From Hymenobacteraceae bacterium (lineage in GTDB: Bacteria; Bacteroidota; Bacteroidia; Cytophagales; Hymenobacteraceae), in contig JANNMJ010000168.1 of the NCBI GenBank assembly GCA_031397815.1, positions 4,273 through 68,272 on the forward strand: a stretch of 64,000 nt of DNA, written 5' to 3'. Position numbers and translations under genes: made by a program. Positions 43,518 through 53,000 of the stretch are shown in pieces (the stretch's first letter is position 1; every line of letters begins with the position of its first letter). A model generated the notes under the pieces. It did not search any database and was not told the origin of the DNA. It saw only the letters and a program-made list of their open reading frames with translations.

Positions 43518-46500
43518 CAGTCTGTGTGGTTAACCAACAACCGCCGGGTACCAAGTACCACCTCATCGGCGATGACGGAGTACGGGTACACTCCGTTGCG
43601 TAGCGACTTGACGGAGAGCAGTATTTCCGTCGTTTCAGACGCGATTGCCTGCTGCCACACGATTTTCCCGCTTTCCAAGTCTCTCACAACGACTTGCGCC
43701 CGTTTCACCTCGGTAGGTAGCAGGAAGCGGATGCGGGCCTCGGAGCTTACCGGGTTGGGGCTGGCGAAGCCGATATAGGGTTGCGCAGGCGTGGTAGTAG
43801 AATCGCCGATTCCTAAACCGCGGGTAGGATTGAACCCGTCGTTCATTCCATCCTGATTCGTGCAGGATTTGGCAGTGGTATACTGACGGGTTAAACCTGT
43901 TTGGGTATTAAAAGCCCAAGAAATACTGAAATTGGTTTGGCGTGAAGCCAAGGACAATTCGTTCTTTAGATTGATGGTATATGGTACCAAAGCATCTTGG
44001 TCTTCATAAGCGGTATACACAATCGCCGTCGTGCTTGCATTCGCCAAATACCGCATCCGCTGATTCGTCCCGGACTGGTCGTCGAAGCGGTTTTTCATAA
44101 ACTCCTGCCAAGGGCGGCCAGCGGGGAAATTCGGTGCCGGTGTGGTGCGCTTTTCCCAGTTGTCAAACACTACCGCCAATCCACTCTCCACGCGGATGCC
44201 CACGCTATTGGCACCGCCAGTATTCGAGCGGCGGAACGTGTTGCACTGGGGCCAGAAAACCGGGGTGGTGGCGGGCACCGGGCCACTAGGGCGGAAGAGC
44301 GCCAGCCCCGTGTTGTTGTTATAAAACTGGTTCGACGCCACTTTGCTCGTGGCATTGCCGCCGTATTGCAGACCCAGCCGCAGCCCGGTTTCCAGGTTCG
44401 AAAACGTGTTATCGGAAATCAGGTACGGGCTGTTGATCAAATCTACCACTACCCCGCGCTGCGGGTAGGTCCAGGTGGCGGGGAAGTTGTTGGGGTAGCT
44501 ATTCAAGCCGAAATCATTGGCTTGCACCGTCAGCGTGCCGGTGGTATTCGTGAGGGAGCCGTACACGTACAGGCCGGTGACTTTATTCGTCAGGCCCGTC
44601 ATCACACTGGGCCACGCCGTGTTGAAACGGGTCATCAGCGCCGCCGAGAGGGGATAGCTGCTCGGGTAGCCATATACGAACCGGTTACCGCTGACGGTCA
44701 GCGCCGCGCCGGGGTTCATCGCCTTTATCCCCACCATCAAGGCGCCGAACTCGTTGCGGTCGGCAATCGTGACCTTGCTGGCGGTGGTGGTCGTGCGCAG
44801 CAGGATACCCACTACACACCTCAGGAAGCGGTTACCGGCAATGCGCGTGTTCTGGTAATTCCAGCCGTCCAGATTGACCGCTACGTGCATGTATTCGTCG
44901 GTATTGACCGACCGGAACTGCGCGGGGTTAGAATCGAACAGGCAGTTCACCACCGCCGACCCCGCCGCGACCACGGCGGATGTGGCGGTGGCGCCGGTAG
45001 CGGCATTCAGGCCGTTGAGGTTATTCCAAAACCGCGTGTGCAGCACCCGCACCGGCGTAGTCGGCGGCGATTGCCAGCTGATGGCCGTGCGGGCGTAGCT
45101 GATTTCACTCACCGGATTTTGCTGCCCCCACCCGGCCGTCGCGGGCAGGGCGGTCGAGAGGTTGTCGCCGGTGCGTCCCAAACACAGCCCTTTGGCCGTG
45201 GCCGCCACCGTGAGGCCAGCCCACATCTGGCTGCAATGCGCGGCGGTGAATGTAGTGGCCTGCGCAATCAGCGTCGCCCCATTGCCCACCGTAATATTCG
45301 TTTCCGGATTTACCCGCACCACGCTCCCCGGCGCGAACGTATAGGTGCCCTGCGTGAACGTAAGCGGCCCATTGACCCAGTAGGTGGCGGCGGGGTAGTT
45401 GGCGCCCCCCGTCTTGGTCCCGGCAAGAACGACCACTGGTGGAACCGTGATGGTGATCGGCTGCTGATCAACAGTAGCGGGATCAGTGCCTAAGCCCGGT
45501 ACCGTCGTGACGAGGGTGTACGTCGTCGTGGTGAGCGGCGTGACGACCAGCGGATTCGTGCCGGTGGCGATGGTCTGCCCGTTGACCTGCCACGCATATG
45601 TAGCGCCGCTGCTGGCGGGGAGGAGGCAGGTAAAATCGAGGGTATAGGAACGCCTCAGGCAGTCGGTGTTCCCGGTAAAGGTCAGAACGGGCTGAGGAAA
45701 AGGGCTGACCGTTACCTCGTCGAGGTAATAGTAGGCGCCACTAAAACCATTTCCCAAGCCCGCAATGGGGGTATTGGTCCCGGTACCGTCGTCACTGGTA
45801 AGTCTAGCGCCTGACACGTCATTATAGTAGCCGAGGGTCAAAAATTGCTCTCCCCCAGTCGCCAGGTAGCATCCGGCGGTGCGTACCCATTGCGTTACGT
45901 CGTTAAAACCTAGGAAGCCCCCATTATGCTGGCTGATATGGGGAAGCAAAGGTGCGTTGCTGGCATCAAGCATAGTAGTCGACCGGGTTTGATACGGGCA
46001 CGTAGTGCTGAATCTGGCCCCTAGATCAGGTGCGCCTAAGGTGCTGTTACTAGCTAATCGCGAATAGAATTCAACGTAATACCGGCGGGCGGACTGCAAC
46101 GGCACTGGCATGGGTTGGAAGGCATACTCGCGATAACTATTCAGCGAATTAGAGCAGTAAATGCCAATGTAACTGCTGTCGGTTGAAGACCGCGTATCGG
46201 CCGTGCCCATATCGTTCACTGGAATGCTCAAGTTCGTCGTCAGACCGTTCGGCTGATTGATATTGAGCGGAGCCAGTGGCGCGCCGCGCCGAAACCAGTC
46301 CGGCGAAGCCATATTGGCCGTTGCCCATCCCCCTACATCGCCACCAGCCAATCGGCACTGCATATCCGGGATGTGCAGATTGCTGCGGCTGCGCGGCCAC
46401 CGAATGCCCGTTTCAGGTGTCTCGAAGCTCGGGTTGGTCAATAGGTTGGCGCACGCGACCGATGCCATCGGCGCCGCCGCCGGCTGGCTGTACGTAATCA

Positions 46501-47185
46501 GCTGCGAGCGGCTCGGGAAGGCCGTCCGGCCAATCAGAGCGTCCAGCCCCGTCAGCGTCAGGCTGCCGGTGGTCAGGACCGCCGTCAAGCTGCTCCAGAC
46601 GCCGCTTAGGTTGATCGAGTTCGCCATCAGCACGCCCGGTAAGCCGGCTTCTGTGCCTGATACGAATACGCCGTTCACATTCCAGTACACGTTGGCCGGG
46701 CTGACTCCATCCAACACGATGTACACATCCGGCGCCAGCGTCACGTCGGCGGCGAAATTGAACACGAACCGGTCGAAGGCGCTGCCGGTCAGGGTCCAGC
46801 GGGTGCCGCCGGGCAAAACGGCCGCCGTCGGGTACGTGTAAACGCCGGGGCTGAAGGTCTGGCTGGCCGTCAGGCTGAGCGGTTGCTGCCCGGTGAGCGC
46901 GGTGCAGTAAGCGCGGGCATTGGCCAGGCCCGTCAGCGCCGTTGCCACTGCTGCGGGCTGATTCCCGGGGTGATAAATCGCGCTGTCAGCCGTCAACGGA
47001 CCGACTAAGCCCGCCCCGGCGCCCGCCATACCGAGCGCGTGGACCCGTGAGGCCGCGTCGGTGGTGAGCGTATTGCCGCTCAGTAGGCTGTACTGCGCCG
47101 CCGTGCCCAGCGGCACCAAGTTGCTTTGCGCCCACGCGGTGCGGGGCCAGAAGCTACCCACGGCCCCGCAGAGCCAAAGGGTCAA
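43517..47185 (-). CDS. large T9SS-secreted protein with N-terminal ice-binding-like (DUF3494) domain and beta-helix-like central region
   Basis: 1222 aa. The N-terminus LGTAAQYSLLSGNTLT..FSPGVYTYP..FVFNF..PANVYWNVNG..LTGSLTL fits the DUF3494 pattern. The C-terminus FASPNPVSSEARIRF..NGVYPYSVIA is a T9SS CTD. The annotated start is TTG and the true N-terminus is uncertain (see poly-C finding). Confidence 0.7.
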   Translation of the reverse strand: MTLWLCGAVGSFWPRTAWAQSNLVPLGTAAQYSLLSGNTLTTDAASRVHALGMAGAGAGLVGPLTADSAIYHPGNQPAAVATALTGLANARAYCTALTGQQPLSLTASQTFSPGVYTYPTAAVLPGGTRWTLTGSAFDRFVFNFAADVTLAPDVYIVLDGVSPANVYWNVNGVFVSGTEAGLPGVLMANSINLSGVWSSLTAVLTTGSLTLTGLDALIGRTAFPSRSQLITYSQPAAAPMASVACANLLTNPSFETPETGIRWPRSRSNLHIPDMQCRLAGGDVGGWATANMASPDWFRRGAPLAPLNINQPNGLTTNLSIPVNDMGTADTRSSTDSSYIGIYCSNSLNSYREYAFQPMPVPLQSARRYYVEFYSRLASNSTLGAPDLGARFSTTCPYQTRSTTMLDASNAPLLPHISQHNGGFLGFNDVTQWVRTAGCYLATGGEQFLTLGYYNDVSGARLTSDDGTGTNTPIAGLGNGFSGAYYYLDEVTVSPFPQPVLTFTGNTDCLRRSYTLDFTCLLPASSGATYAWQVNGQTIATGTNPLVVTPLTTTTYTLVTTVPGLGTDPATVDQQPITITVPPVVVLAGTKTGGANYPAATYWVNGPLTFTQGTYTFAPGSVVRVNPETNITVGNGATLIAQATTFTAAHCSQMWAGLTVAATAKGLCLGRTGDNLSTALPATAGWGQQNPVSEISYARTAISWQSPPTTPVRVLHTRFWNNLNGLNAATGATATSAVVAAGSAVVNCLFDSNPAQFRSVNTDEYMHVAVNLDGWNYQNTRIAGNRFLRCVVGILLRTTTTASKVTIADRNEFGALMVGIKAMNPGAALTVSGNRFVYGYPSSYPLSAALMTRFNTAWPSVMTGLTNKVTGLYVYGSLTNTTGTLTVQANDFGLNSYPNNFPATWTYPQRGVVVDLINSPYLISDNTFSNLETGLRLGLQYGGNATSKVASNQFYNNNTGLALFRPSGPVPATTPVFWPQCNTFRRSNTGGANSVGIRVESGLAVVFDNWEKRTTPAPNFPAGRPWQEFMKNRFDDQSGTNQRMRYLANASTTAIVYTAYEDQDALVPYTINLKNELSLASRQTNFSISWAFNTQTGLTRQYTTAKSCTNQDGMNDGFNPTRGLGIGDSTTTPAQPYIGFASPNPVSSEARIRFLLPTEVKRAQVVVRDLESGKIVWQQAIASETTEILLSVKSLRNGVYPYSVIADEVVLGTRRLLVNHTD

Positions 47186-47218
47186 GAAAAAGCCCCACCG
47201 GGCCGAGTTGAGGCGCGT

Positions 47219-47238
47219 GGGGGGGGGGGGGGGGGGGG
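47219..47238. repeat. G20 homopolymer (C20 on the coding strand of the downstream operon)
   Basis: Counted directly: gg at 47219-47220 plus 18 g at 47221-47238, lying 34-53 nt upstream of the TTG at 47185. Confidence 0.95.
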
Positions 47239-47402
47239 TATAAAAAAGTTTAACAACGGAAGAGAAAAATTGGAGGAAAAAAAACCGATGGAAACGCGAG
47301 GAGATAGGTTCGTGCAGAGAGTGAGTCAGCCGACGGCCCGGCGGTTCCGGGCGGAAGACTGATGGTCAAATGTAGAGTAAAATTTAGAATTTTCCAACGT
47401 AC

Positions 47403-47418
47403 TGTGATTGCAGATCAC
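47403..47418. promoter_or_regulatory. CRP/FNR-like inverted repeat TGTGAT-TGCAG-ATCAC
   Basis: Dyad GTGAT-N5-ATCAC in the AT-richer intergenic region about 220 nt upstream of the 1222-aa ORF. Its spacing is one nt longer than the E. coli CRP consensus. Confidence 0.3.
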
Positions 47419-47543
47419 TTGAACCGGCTCGCTGAATGTCTAACGAAAAAGCCAAGCCACGAAAGGGCGAATTTTCGGCGCATGGGGGTTCTGTTTCCAC
47501 GGATATTAGCTTTTGAGCGCGGGCCTGTTGCCTATAAATGCGT

Positions 47544-47575
47544 CTGCCCCGCTGTACAGTAGTACAACGGGGCAG
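47544..47575 (-). terminator. hairpin after purL
   Basis: ctgccccgctgtac agt agtacaacggggcag with a weak T tail. Confidence 0.4.
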
Positions 47576-47619
47576 GAGCTGGGTATTTGCGCGGAAATAG
47601 AGCCGAAAAATCGGTGTTT

Positions 47620-49887
47620 TTACTCGTCAGCCGCCAAAAGCAGCTCCAGCGCCGTGGCGTGCAGCTCGCGCAGCTCGCTGACGGTCGGGAAATCATCGGC
47701 ATCGATGCGGATGGCGCCGTTTTCGGTCACTTCGCCGAGCCACGTGAAGGGCACGTTGGCGGCTTGCAGGTGCGCCGTGACGGCGGCCGCTTGGTCAGGG
47801 GCGACGCTGACGACTACGCGGCTCTGGCTTTCCCCGAAAAGGTAGGCGTCTTTGCGGAAGGCGGGGTCGGTGCAGATGCGGAAGCCGAGGTTTTCGGTGC
47901 CGCTGGCGATGGCGCTTTCGGCGAGGGCCGCCCAGAGGCCGCCGTCGGCCACGTCGTGCGCCGATTGTACGTGCCCGCCCGCAATGAGCGCCGCGATGGC
48001 GCGCTGCACGGCCAGCTCTTCGTCGAGCAGGAAGGTGGGCGCGGGGGAGTTCGTGACGCCGCAGTAGCCGTAGAGGTACTCCGACGACGCCAAACAGTCG
48101 TGCGCCCGCCCCACGAGGAGCACGCGGTCGTGGACGCTGCGGAACGCCAAGCCGGTGGCGGTGGCGTGGTAATCTTCGAGGAGGCCGAGCATCCCGATGG
48201 TCGGCGTCGGGAAGACGGGGCCGTCGTCGGACGATTGGTTGTAGAAGCTCACGTTGCCGCCCGTGACGGGCGTACCGAGCGCCTCACACGCCCGCGACAT
48301 CCCCTGAATCGCCCCGACAAATTGCCAGTAAACTTCCGGATTATACGGGTTCCCGAAATTGAGGCAGTTGGTGATGGCTAGCGGTTCGCCACCGGAGCAA
48401 ACGATGTTGCGCGCGGCCTCGCAGACGGCAATGGCGGTCCCGACTTCCGGGTCGGCCTTCACGTAGCGGGCGTTACAGTCGACGGTCAGCGCGAGGGCTT
48501 TGGTGGTGCCTTTGACCTTCACGAGCGCCGCGTCGGCGGGCCGGTTGGTGGTGAGGGTCGCGGTGCCGACCATCGAGTCGTACTGGCGCGCTACCCAGCG
48601 CCGCGAGCAGCCGTTCGGCTGGCTCAGGAGCCACTCGCCAATCGCCACGTAATCTTCGGGCAGGCTGATGGTGTTGAGGTCGAATTTCTTCGATTCGGCG
48701 TAGTACGCCGGTTCGCGCCACTCGCGGTGGTAAACGGGGGCGCCGCCGCCTAGCACGAGGTCATCGGCGGGTACGTCGGCCACGAGCTGGCCGTGGCGGT
48801 AGTAGCGCAGGCGCTTGGTATCGGTCACTTCGCCGATGCGGGCGCAGTACAAGTCCCACTTGGCGCAGATGCGCTCGATTTCGGCCTCTTGCCCTTTCTC
48901 GACCACAATCAGCATCCGCTCTTGGCTCTCGGAAAGCAGGATTTCGAACGGCAGCATTCCCGGCTGGCGCATCGGCACGAGGTCGAGGTTGATTTCCATC
49001 CCTACCTCGCCTTTGGCGCTCATCTCGGAAGTGGAGCAGGTGATACCGGCGGCGCCCATATCCTGCATTCCCACCACGCACCCAGAGGCGATGACTTCAA
49101 GGGTGGCTTCGAGGAGCAATTTCTCCTGAAAAGGGTCGCCGACCTGCACGCTGGGGAGTTTTTCGGTCGATTTATCCGAAATGTCTTCCGACGCGAACGT
49201 CGCGCCGTGGATGCCGTCTTTACCCGTCGCGGAGCCGACGATGTATACCGGGTTGCCGACGCCCGCCGCCGTGGCGCTAATCGTTTTCCCGACTTCCACG
49301 ATGCCCGCCGAGAAGGCGTTCACGAGCGGATTGGTATTGTAACAGGGGTCGAAAAACAGCTCCCCGCCGACCGTCGGAATCCCGAACGCGTTGCCGTAAT
49401 CGCCGATGCCGCGCACGACGCCGCGTAGCAGCCGCCGGGTTTTCGGCAGGGTAGGGTCGCCGAAGCGGAGGGAGTTGAGCTGCGCGATGGGCCGCGCGCC
49501 CATCGTGAAAATATCGCGGTTGATGCCGCCGACGCCCGTCGCCGCCCCTTGGTACGGTTCGATGGCGCTCGGGTGGTTATGCGACTCGATCTTGAACGAG
49601 CACGCCAGCCCGTCGCCGATATCCACCAGACCAGCGTTTTCTTCCCCGGCCTTCGCCAGCATCCGGGGCGAATCCTTCGGGAGCTTTTTCAGCCAGACGA
49701 TAGAGTTCTTATAAGAGCAGTGTTCCGACCACATCACCGAAAACACACTCAGCTCGGTGAAATTGGGCGTCCGGCCCAAGATGACCTGAATGCGAGCAAA
49801 CTCTTCGGGCAGCAGCCCAAGCTTTCGGGCGGTTTCGACGGTAGGCAGCGCTTCGGCAGCAGGCGTAGGGACGGCGGCTTTTTCCAT
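47620..49887 (-). CDS. purL: phosphoribosylformylglycinamidine synthase subunit PurL
   Basis: 755 aa. [34 protein letters not shown] and duplicated AIR-synthase-like domains are present. Confidence 0.95.
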   Translation of the reverse strand: MEKAAVPTPAAEALPTVETARKLGLLPEEFARIQVILGRTPNFTELSVFSVMWSEHCSYKNSIVWLKKLPKDSPRMLAKAGEENAGLVDIGDGLACSFKIESHNHPSAIEPYQGAATGVGGINRDIFTMGARPIAQLNSLRFGDPTLPKTRRLLRGVVRGIGDYGNAFGIPTVGGELFFDPCYNTNPLVNAFSAGIVEVGKTISATAAGVGNPVYIVGSATGKDGIHGATFASEDISDKSTEKLPSVQVGDPFQEKLLLEATLEVIASGCVVGMQDMGAAGITCSTSEMSAKGEVGMEINLDLVPMRQPGMLPFEILLSESQERMLIVVEKGQEAEIERICAKWDLYCARIGEVTDTKRLRYYRHGQLVADVPADDLVLGGGAPVYHREWREPAYYAESKKFDLNTISLPEDYVAIGEWLLSQPNGCSRRWVARQYDSMVGTATLTTNRPADAALVKVKGTTKALALTVDCNARYVKADPEVGTAIAVCEAARNIVCSGGEPLAITNCLNFGNPYNPEVYWQFVGAIQGMSRACEALGTPVTGGNVSFYNQSSDDGPVFPTPTIGMLGLLEDYHATATGLAFRSVHDRVLLVGRAHDCLASSEYLYGYCGVTNSPAPTFLLDEELAVQRAIAALIAGGHVQSAHDVADGGLWAALAESAIASGTENLGFRICTDPAFRKDAYLFGESQSRVVVSVAPDQAAAVTAHLQAANVPFTWLGEVTENGAIRIDADDFPTVSELRELHATALELLLAADE

Positions 49888-50003
49888 ACGCGCAAAGGTC
49901 AGGGCAGAAACGCAAACGTCCCCCGTCCGGATGAAGGACGGGGGACGTTTTTAAGGAGTTTCTGCTCGCCGACGGCGATTAGTGCCGTCGGGAATCAGCG
50001 CTG

Positions 50004-53000
50004 CTACTCCAGATTCAGTTTCCGGACGCTGAGGTTGCCATCAGCATCGGTCACTTTCAGCACGTAAACACCACGCGCAAGCTTCGTCAGGTCCAATTCG
50101 GCTTCGGCGTAGCCGTTAGCCTTGAGGCTCTGCGTCGTTACGGTGCGGCCGCTCAGGTCGGTGACCACCAACGAGTAGGCGTGTGCGCCAGCGTGATCGA
50201 GGGCGACCCGGAATACCCCGTTGCTTGGGTTCGGGAAGACGTTCACGCCTTGTGCGAAGGCCGATTCGATGCCGAAACCTACTGCGCCATCAACCGTGAT
50301 ATCGTCGATGAAGTTAGCATCGCCGAGGCTGTTGCTGAAGTTGCGGTTGACGCTCGACTGGAATTGCACGATGATGTTGTTCGTACCCACCCGGAAGCGC
50401 GTGATGTCGAACGACAGGAAGCGGTAAGGGCCGGTAGCCGGGCTAGCCGGGTTCGGCTGGTAGTTGGCATCGCCCACCACTGTGCCGTTCACCAATACCC
50501 GGAAGTTGACGTTCGAGAACAGCGCGGCTGCTCCGTTCGATACCTGCCGCAGGCTGAATGCCAGACGGATAGGCGTGCCCGCTGGTATGCCGGTTGGTTT
50601 CACGCACAGGGTGGCAATGGCCAAGTGGCTGGCGTTGAGCTGCCACGGGTTAGCACCTGGGCCGAGCGGGTCGGTCCAGGTAGAACCACCACCCGTCATC
50701 AGCATAGCCGTAGACGTGCTGACCCCACGGCTTGGCGCCAACCCGATCCGGCTCAACGACTGAGTCTGGAGCGAGAGGCGGTCAATCGTGCTGTTCGGAG
50801 CGTCGAACGTTACAAGCGTCGGCAGCGTGTTCGCCTGCGTGTTGCAGAGGTTCACGGTGAGCGAGTTGTTGAACGCGAGCTGGTCGCCGGCGAGGTTGGT
50901 CGTCAGCGTCAGGTTGTAGCAGGGGGCCGTGGTGAGGTTGGCGGTCTGTGGGAATAACACGATTCCTTCAGCTTCGGGCGCCAGCGAGATGTTCGCGGTG
51001 GTGCTGACGACGGGACCGGTGCCGAGCTGATACGAGATCGGCAGGGTCGTGATCGGCGTAGTGCCCACGTTCTTCACCCGCACCTGAATCTGCTCGTTGC
51101 TGGTAAAGCCGCAAGCCGAACCAACCGGCAGGATGCCGAGTACCGAAACGTCGTTGGTCGGTCGCTGATAGATCGCCACATCATCGAAGGCAACGCCATC
51201 GTCGACGTCGTTGGCCGCTGGTGGGTTAGCGGTAGTAGCAGCGAAGACCACGCGGAAGCGGACCTGCGACTGACCGGCTGCCGATGTTCCCGTCAGCGAA
51301 TGACGGTAGAGGACGTAACCGCCATTGCCCCCGCTCCAGCCTTGGCTGGTGCCGCCCGGCTGCGCGCCGATAGTAGCGGAATTGTACCAGTTCGGATCAG
51401 AAGCGGTACCGATGGTGCTCCAGGTAGCGCCAGCGTTGGTCGTGTACTGAATAGAGGCGCCATCGCGACCGCTTTCCGTCCGGAACCACAGCTTCAGCTC
51501 AATGAACGGATCGGTCAGCGTCGAGAGATCGAAGCAAGGGCTTTCGACCGACGAGTTTTCGAGGTCGGTGTAACGCCCGGTGCCCAAACCGCCGGTTACC
51601 CAAGCGCGCGTGCCGGAGGCAGCGCCTTGAATCGTCGATTTCGCTGGCGTACCCAACGCCCAAGTGCCGCCTTTGGCATTCCAGCCGCCGGTGGTCGTCT
51701 CGAAGTTCTGTTGATAAGGAGCAGTCGGGGTGACGGCAATCAGCAGGTTGCAGACTTCCGCGCGAGCCGTGTCGTTGGTACGCAGCTGATCGCTGGCGAG
51801 CGTTGCGTAAGCCTTGAAGTTGTAGCAGCCACGAGCCGACAGGTCTTGCGGACGTGCGAAGAAGATTGGCTGCGACGTGTTCGGTGCGAGGTTGCTCGAG
51901 AAGGTGGTCGAGATGGTCCGCGTAGTGCCGCCGGGGGTGGTGTAGGTAACCGTAACCGGGAAGTTCGACTGTGCTGCCGTACCGCGGTTCGTTACCACTA
52001 CGGTTACCAGCTCCGAGTTGGTCAGCGTGCAGCTCGATGTTGGTTGCGCGATGGCCGCGATGGCCAGGTCGTTGACGGCTGGCGGAGGTGGAGGCGTCAG
52101 GCCGATGATTTTGAAATCATCGAACGCGAAGCCGTCGGTGTTCGTGAAGCCATCCGAAGCAAACGCGAATCGGAAGCGCACGCTTGGCTGGTTGGCCAGC
52201 TGGGGCATCGTGTGGGTAGAAACGACGTACGTACCCGAGCCTTGGATTTGCGGGAACCCGCCGCCGTCGCCGGTCCAGCCGGAGGTTTGGCCGCCGGGGT
52301 TAGCGCCGATGCTGCCGTCGTTGAACCAGTTGTCGGGGTCGCCCACGGCGCCTACGTTCTGCCAGGTAGCGCCACCGTCGATGGAGCTTTGGAATACCGT
52401 ACCGTCGTTGCCGGAGTTAGAGTGCCACCAGATCTGCATCTCAACGGATGGAAGCCCCAAGCCCGTGAAGTCGAAGCAAGGGCTGATCACATACGAGTTC
52501 TCGTTGTTGTTGTAGTTGCCGGTCAGGTTCGTTGTCCATGCGTTGACGCCGGATGCGGCGCCGCTGATGGTTGCCTTAGCTGGCTCGCCGAGCTGCCACG
52601 AGGAAGCCGAACCGCCGGTTGCCCAGCCGGCCGCACCGTTTTCGAAGTTCTGCGTGTAAGGGAACGCCGAAACGGGCGTCACGATCGTGAGCGTCGTGTT
52701 CTGAGCGGCGTCGTTGGTCGCGTTACCGTCGCCGGGCATGTTGGTCGTCGCCGTGAATACGAACGTGCCTTGCCCGCCGGGGTTGAACTGGGCCGGGAAC
52801 GTGAACGTCGCGGTAGCGCCGGGGGCCAATGGGCCAGCGAACGTAGCAGTTACCGGGGCACCACCGTTCACGGTGTACGTCACGGGAATGTTCGACTGAG
52901 ACGCCGAACCGTAGTTCTGCAACCGCACCGTTACGTTGGATGGGTTCGACGAGCACGACGTGCCCGTCAGGGGCGCCGTGATAGCGGCCACGCCCACATC

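Noticed and set aside
47219-47238. Poly-G run as a pure sequencing artefact (two-colour chemistry poly-G)
   Set aside because: This reading cannot be excluded without reads, but I did not prefer it. The tract is internal and flanked by unique sequence on both sides, and the codons on its downstream side continue a plausible signal peptide. It is kept as a finding with this caveat.
47362-47562. 66-aa ORF in the purL / T9SS-operon intergenic region
   Set aside because: It has no recognisable motif, no promoter box and atypical composition, and it overlaps the purL terminator hairpin. It was treated as non-coding regulatory DNA.
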